Part shown: one piece after another, positions 59,663 to 64,000 of the stretch
How the letters are laid out: each line of letters begins with the position of its first letter
Numbering within the stretch: the stretch's first letter is position 1
From: Chrysomallon squamiferum
Taxonomy: Eukaryota; Animalia; Mollusca
DNA: 64,000 nt
Direction: 5' to 3'
Assembly: GCA_012295275.1 (NCBI GenBank)
Contig: CM022668.1
Coordinates: forward strand, 16,554,001-16,618,000
Notes under the pieces: generated by a model
Database searches by the model: none
What the model was told of the DNA's origin: nothing
What the model saw: only the letters and a program-made list of their open reading frames with translations
Position numbers and translations under genes: made by a program

Positions 59663-60235
59663 TCAGTCTATCCGCGATTATGTTTCTTAGTGAAATTGCT
59701 GCGATTATGGCGGCCAGTGTTTGATTTCCTTGAGAACTTAGCGATTTCAATAGTTTCTTGCAAGCGATCATTTCTGCGATCGATTTCCTTTTCCACTGGC
59801 TATATATCAGGCCGACCCCCCACCCAGCCGTTCCGATTGTTCGGTCTGCTTCCAATAACCAGCAAACCTAATTAAAGACCAGTATTTTTATTCCGGCAGA
59901 CTGAAATGGGAAAAGTGATTTATAACGTTTGGTTCCCAGGAAAGCAAAAGCTTCTTTCTGGAGAAAAGACCTTTAGGTATTGAGATTTCCTGTCGTGTTA
60001 GATCCAGCCTCCATTAAACAAGTTTAAACTTTCAAATCTGTCAACGAATTCCGCGTCACGCACCATCACAGGGTCCTTTTCTGTCTTTGATGGCTTCTAA
60101 CAGCGGATCAAATTAAGATTATTATGTGATAAAATAAAATGGCGATTCAGAAAAACTCGCAACTAGTTATGTCATGCCGTACTTTTTTAAAATATATTTT
60201 ATTTCACTTATTTATTTATTTGCTTACATACGTTA

Positions 60236-60293
<58 letters not shown>

Positions 60294-60556
60294 TTTTTTT
60301 TTTCTGTAATATGTTTTCTCATTGCTGTCAGATGGTGTGTATGTTTTCTACTAATCAACAGCAGAATGAAGTGACGGTTATAATTACATATCTGGTTTCA
60401 TTATTATTCACAAATCCCATGTTTACCACAAAATAACAGTAAATGTTAAAATTATGAAATGGAAATAATTATTCATCAGTTGAATTCTGTTTTTCTTTTA
60501 CACTCAAACGTAATAAACATTTTAGCTGAAAAAAGTCAGTATATTTACGCAATAAA

Positions 60557-60609
<53 letters not shown>

Positions 60610-61102
60610 ACGTTGCCAGTATAATGCAATCTAAAATTTATTTACACTTGAAAATAGTGCAGACATTAGTTTCGAACAGTATCGACTTACATTAAAATGC
60701 AATATTTAACAGAGATATTAATTCTTAACAGCAAAATGTTACAACTAAATAATTTTATGTAAAACTATGTTATTACGTAAATACATGACAGTCACAAATA
60801 ATTTTAAAATTTAATTCAGTGAACGCATTATCAGTTAATACGTGGCCCTACATGTAATTGGAACATTATGTAACGAGAATATTAATGTTTGCTTTAGAAA
60901 CAACGTATCAAATGATTTCGTGCTGTTATGATCAATAACTTGGATAGACTGAATTTCAGTTAATTAAATTCTTTTTTAGCCATTTCATTTGTAAACAAAA
61001 AACATTCATCATGGATATAAAAAGTGAAGTGAAGGTTAATCTGCCCAAAAGTACTTCATCTTGAGTTTTCCTTAAATATTTTGCTTACCAGCTGTACTAT
61101 TA

Positions 61103-61255
<153 letters not shown>

Positions 61256-63966
61256 ATATTTTGCCCAAACGGTAGAAGAAGTAACAATTATTGTAAAATG
61301 TAATAACACTGCTTTTCCAGTGATTGCTGATAAAAGCTACAAAACATTTTCTATTTCTTTGTTATTTTTGCTATTCTTTCGGGGTTTTCTTATGAGCAAT
61401 AGTTTAAAGAGTCCGTCAGTTTTAAAGTTCCATTTAAGTTTTTCTGTTTATCACAGTCGTGTACGGTGTTAAGGACAACGTTGGCCTCGACGTAGTAAGA
61501 GAACATTACTTTTACATTACTTGAACATACTTCAGCTACAGAGTAGTGTTCCGTTTAATCACATTATTCGTTCAGACTGGGTAAACAGATTTAATTAAGT
61601 CATTATTACCATACAATACACTGCAGAGTTCAGCAACACGTGGAGTATTGTCTGTGTCCCGTCATAACACACAACATGTAGACAGAGACAACTGACAAAT
61701 TATATCACTGGTAAATATTTGTTGTAATTGTACAGATATCTGTTTCTTTGTGCGACAAACAGAATAATTATAAAGATAATGATGATGATGAATATGATGG
61801 TTCTGATTTTGGATCAAACAAACAAACATACACGTATAAAGATATGGAAATACAAACACACAGATACATATATATGTACATATACATAAATACACATACA
61901 TGCAAATACACATACAATATACATACAAACATACATAATACATTATTACATACATACATACATACACACATACATAAATACATACATAAATACATACATA
62001 CATAAATACATACATACATACATACTTACATAAATACATACATACATACATACATACTTACATAAATACAAACATAAATACATAAATACACACATATATA
62101 AATACATAAATACATACATATATACATATACATACAGCGCTCACACACCAAACAAGTATTTGCAATAATACATGCATAAATAAAAAAGCAAGTAAAAAAA
62201 TAATATTGATTTGTCTTGTACTGTTTTTAAAAACAGAATTTAAATTCTTTGAAGTATTAATTCATTCAAATGAAATTTATGGATTTAAAACCAGTGCATA
62301 ACAATCTATTTGATGAAAACAAATTTATAGTCATTGAATATTTTACTTAAATACAGGTGTTATAGCCGGGGTGAAACGTGCTAGGTAACTGGCCTATTTA
62401 ACATCCCATGTCTTCTTTTTAGTAGTGTAATTCCTGAGAAATATATTGGCAATATTAGCTAAGATATCACGCATTGATTTCATCGCGACAGTCCGTTCAT
62501 TTCCGCAACTCCCCGTGCATTTCCGTCAACCACCTGCGCTACTGTACGCAGAAGTAATTTAGAGTTCGGAGCAGCACGTGACGTCTCGGATTTTTTCATT
62601 TATTGTTTCGTTTTAAATATGTTCATTTCCTTAGCGCTGTGTCTTAACTGTTACTGTACCAGCGTTTGTTTATATGGAGACCAGCAGTATCTCTGCTAGG
62701 AGTGTTTATTGCAAACATATTGGATTAGTAGTTGTAGTAGTAACAGTAGCTGCTGTTGTTTCAGTGGAGATAGTAATGGTAACAATCATAGTAAACGTAT
62801 TACGTTTCGCATTAGCTGTAATAATTGTAATAATACCAGTAGTAATAGCAGAAATAGCAGTAGATGGGATAGTAATGACTATAGAAATAGTAGTAAAAAA
62901 AAGTAGTATGATTAACATTGCTAGTAGCAATAGTAATAGGAGATGCGATTAAAATATTGTAGTTTTGATGGTTAGTTGAAAACAGCTCGAATAGCAGCAG
63001 TAATAGAGTAGTAAATAATAGTAGTAGCAGTAGTAGTAGTTGAAGTAATAGTTGATGTAATAGTAGTAGTAGTTGTAGTAATAGCAGGAGTAATTCTGCT
63101 TGTATATTAAAGTCATTTAAGTAATTAAAACATAAGACATCACAGTGATCCAGTCATCAAGATATTTTCAGTACGTTAATTACACGTGTTGTTTTCTTCT
63201 GTAACAACTAATTAAACCTGTACACTGGATTTTAATCTTTTCTCCACATGTTAATTAAATGTCAGAAAGCATTAGAAAGAAAAAAAATATATATATATAT
63301 ATATACTAATAAAAATCTATAAATATGGAACCATCAAGAAAATAAAACTGAGCGTTTAGAAAAAAAAGGAATTGGTGAAATTTTAAAATCTAATGTTAAT
63401 CTGAATTTCTGTTTACGGGTAAGTAAATGAAGATCTGGTTTCTTATTATAAACAATTACCATCATCTCGTGAGGCAATTACAAACAGTTTGACCTTCAAG
63501 TTAAGAATGAAGGTTATTAATTTAAATGCATATTGTTGTATGTATATATACAGCTTAGCAGGGTACAGGACGCCAGTCTACATGCAGCGTTGCCCATGGA
63601 GAAAGCCGGGTTTCTGACGTCATTGCTGGCTGATCGATAACTTAGAAATCGATCAGTTCATTTAAGGTGAAGCTAAAATATATTACATAATAATAATAAT
63701 AATAATAATAATAATTGTAGTACTAGCGGTAGGACTTTTAATACTAGTAATAGTAGCAGCAGAAAAAGTAGTAATAATAGCAATACTAATATTATAATTG
63801 TAGTAGTTCAATAGCTGTAATAGTAGTAGTAGCAATAGCGCGCTATTCTTTTTATTGAAATCGTCGTATTAGTAAAATAAATGTTCAGTGATTTCTCAGG
63901 GCTTTTTAATAATATAAATCATATATTTCTTAAACAATGAATTACTAGTTACTGACAAAGACGTGA

Positions 63967-64000
<34 letters not shown>

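Overview
AT-rich, microsatellite-dense eukaryotic DNA, probably animal. The composition and degraded repeat motifs suggest a mollusc or other lophotrochozoan, but that is inference only. No complete protein-coding gene, rRNA, tRNA, CRISPR array or autonomous transposon is recognisable, and nearly all listed ORFs are translations of simple repeats. The window alternates between simple repeats or minisatellites and short unique, CpG-containing islands rich in TF-like motifs (CCAAT, TATA, YY1, RFX X-box, GTCACGTGAC, CRE, TAAT clusters). This resembles the 5' regulatory or intronic domain of a large gene. The main signal is a set of short minus-strand ATG-to-splice-donor segments inside these islands (59662-59592, 57650-57547, 44473-44379, 4646-4576, 4514-4468; all phase 2), plus a phase-1 segment at 10382-10331. 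They could be alternative first exons of one unidentified gene whose shared exons lie left of the window. Other notable features are a perfect 16 x 46-bp array in which every unit carries CAG|GTAAGT, candidate microexons, a ~240-bp direct repeat pair, two hairpins and many independent 25-30-bp minisatellites.
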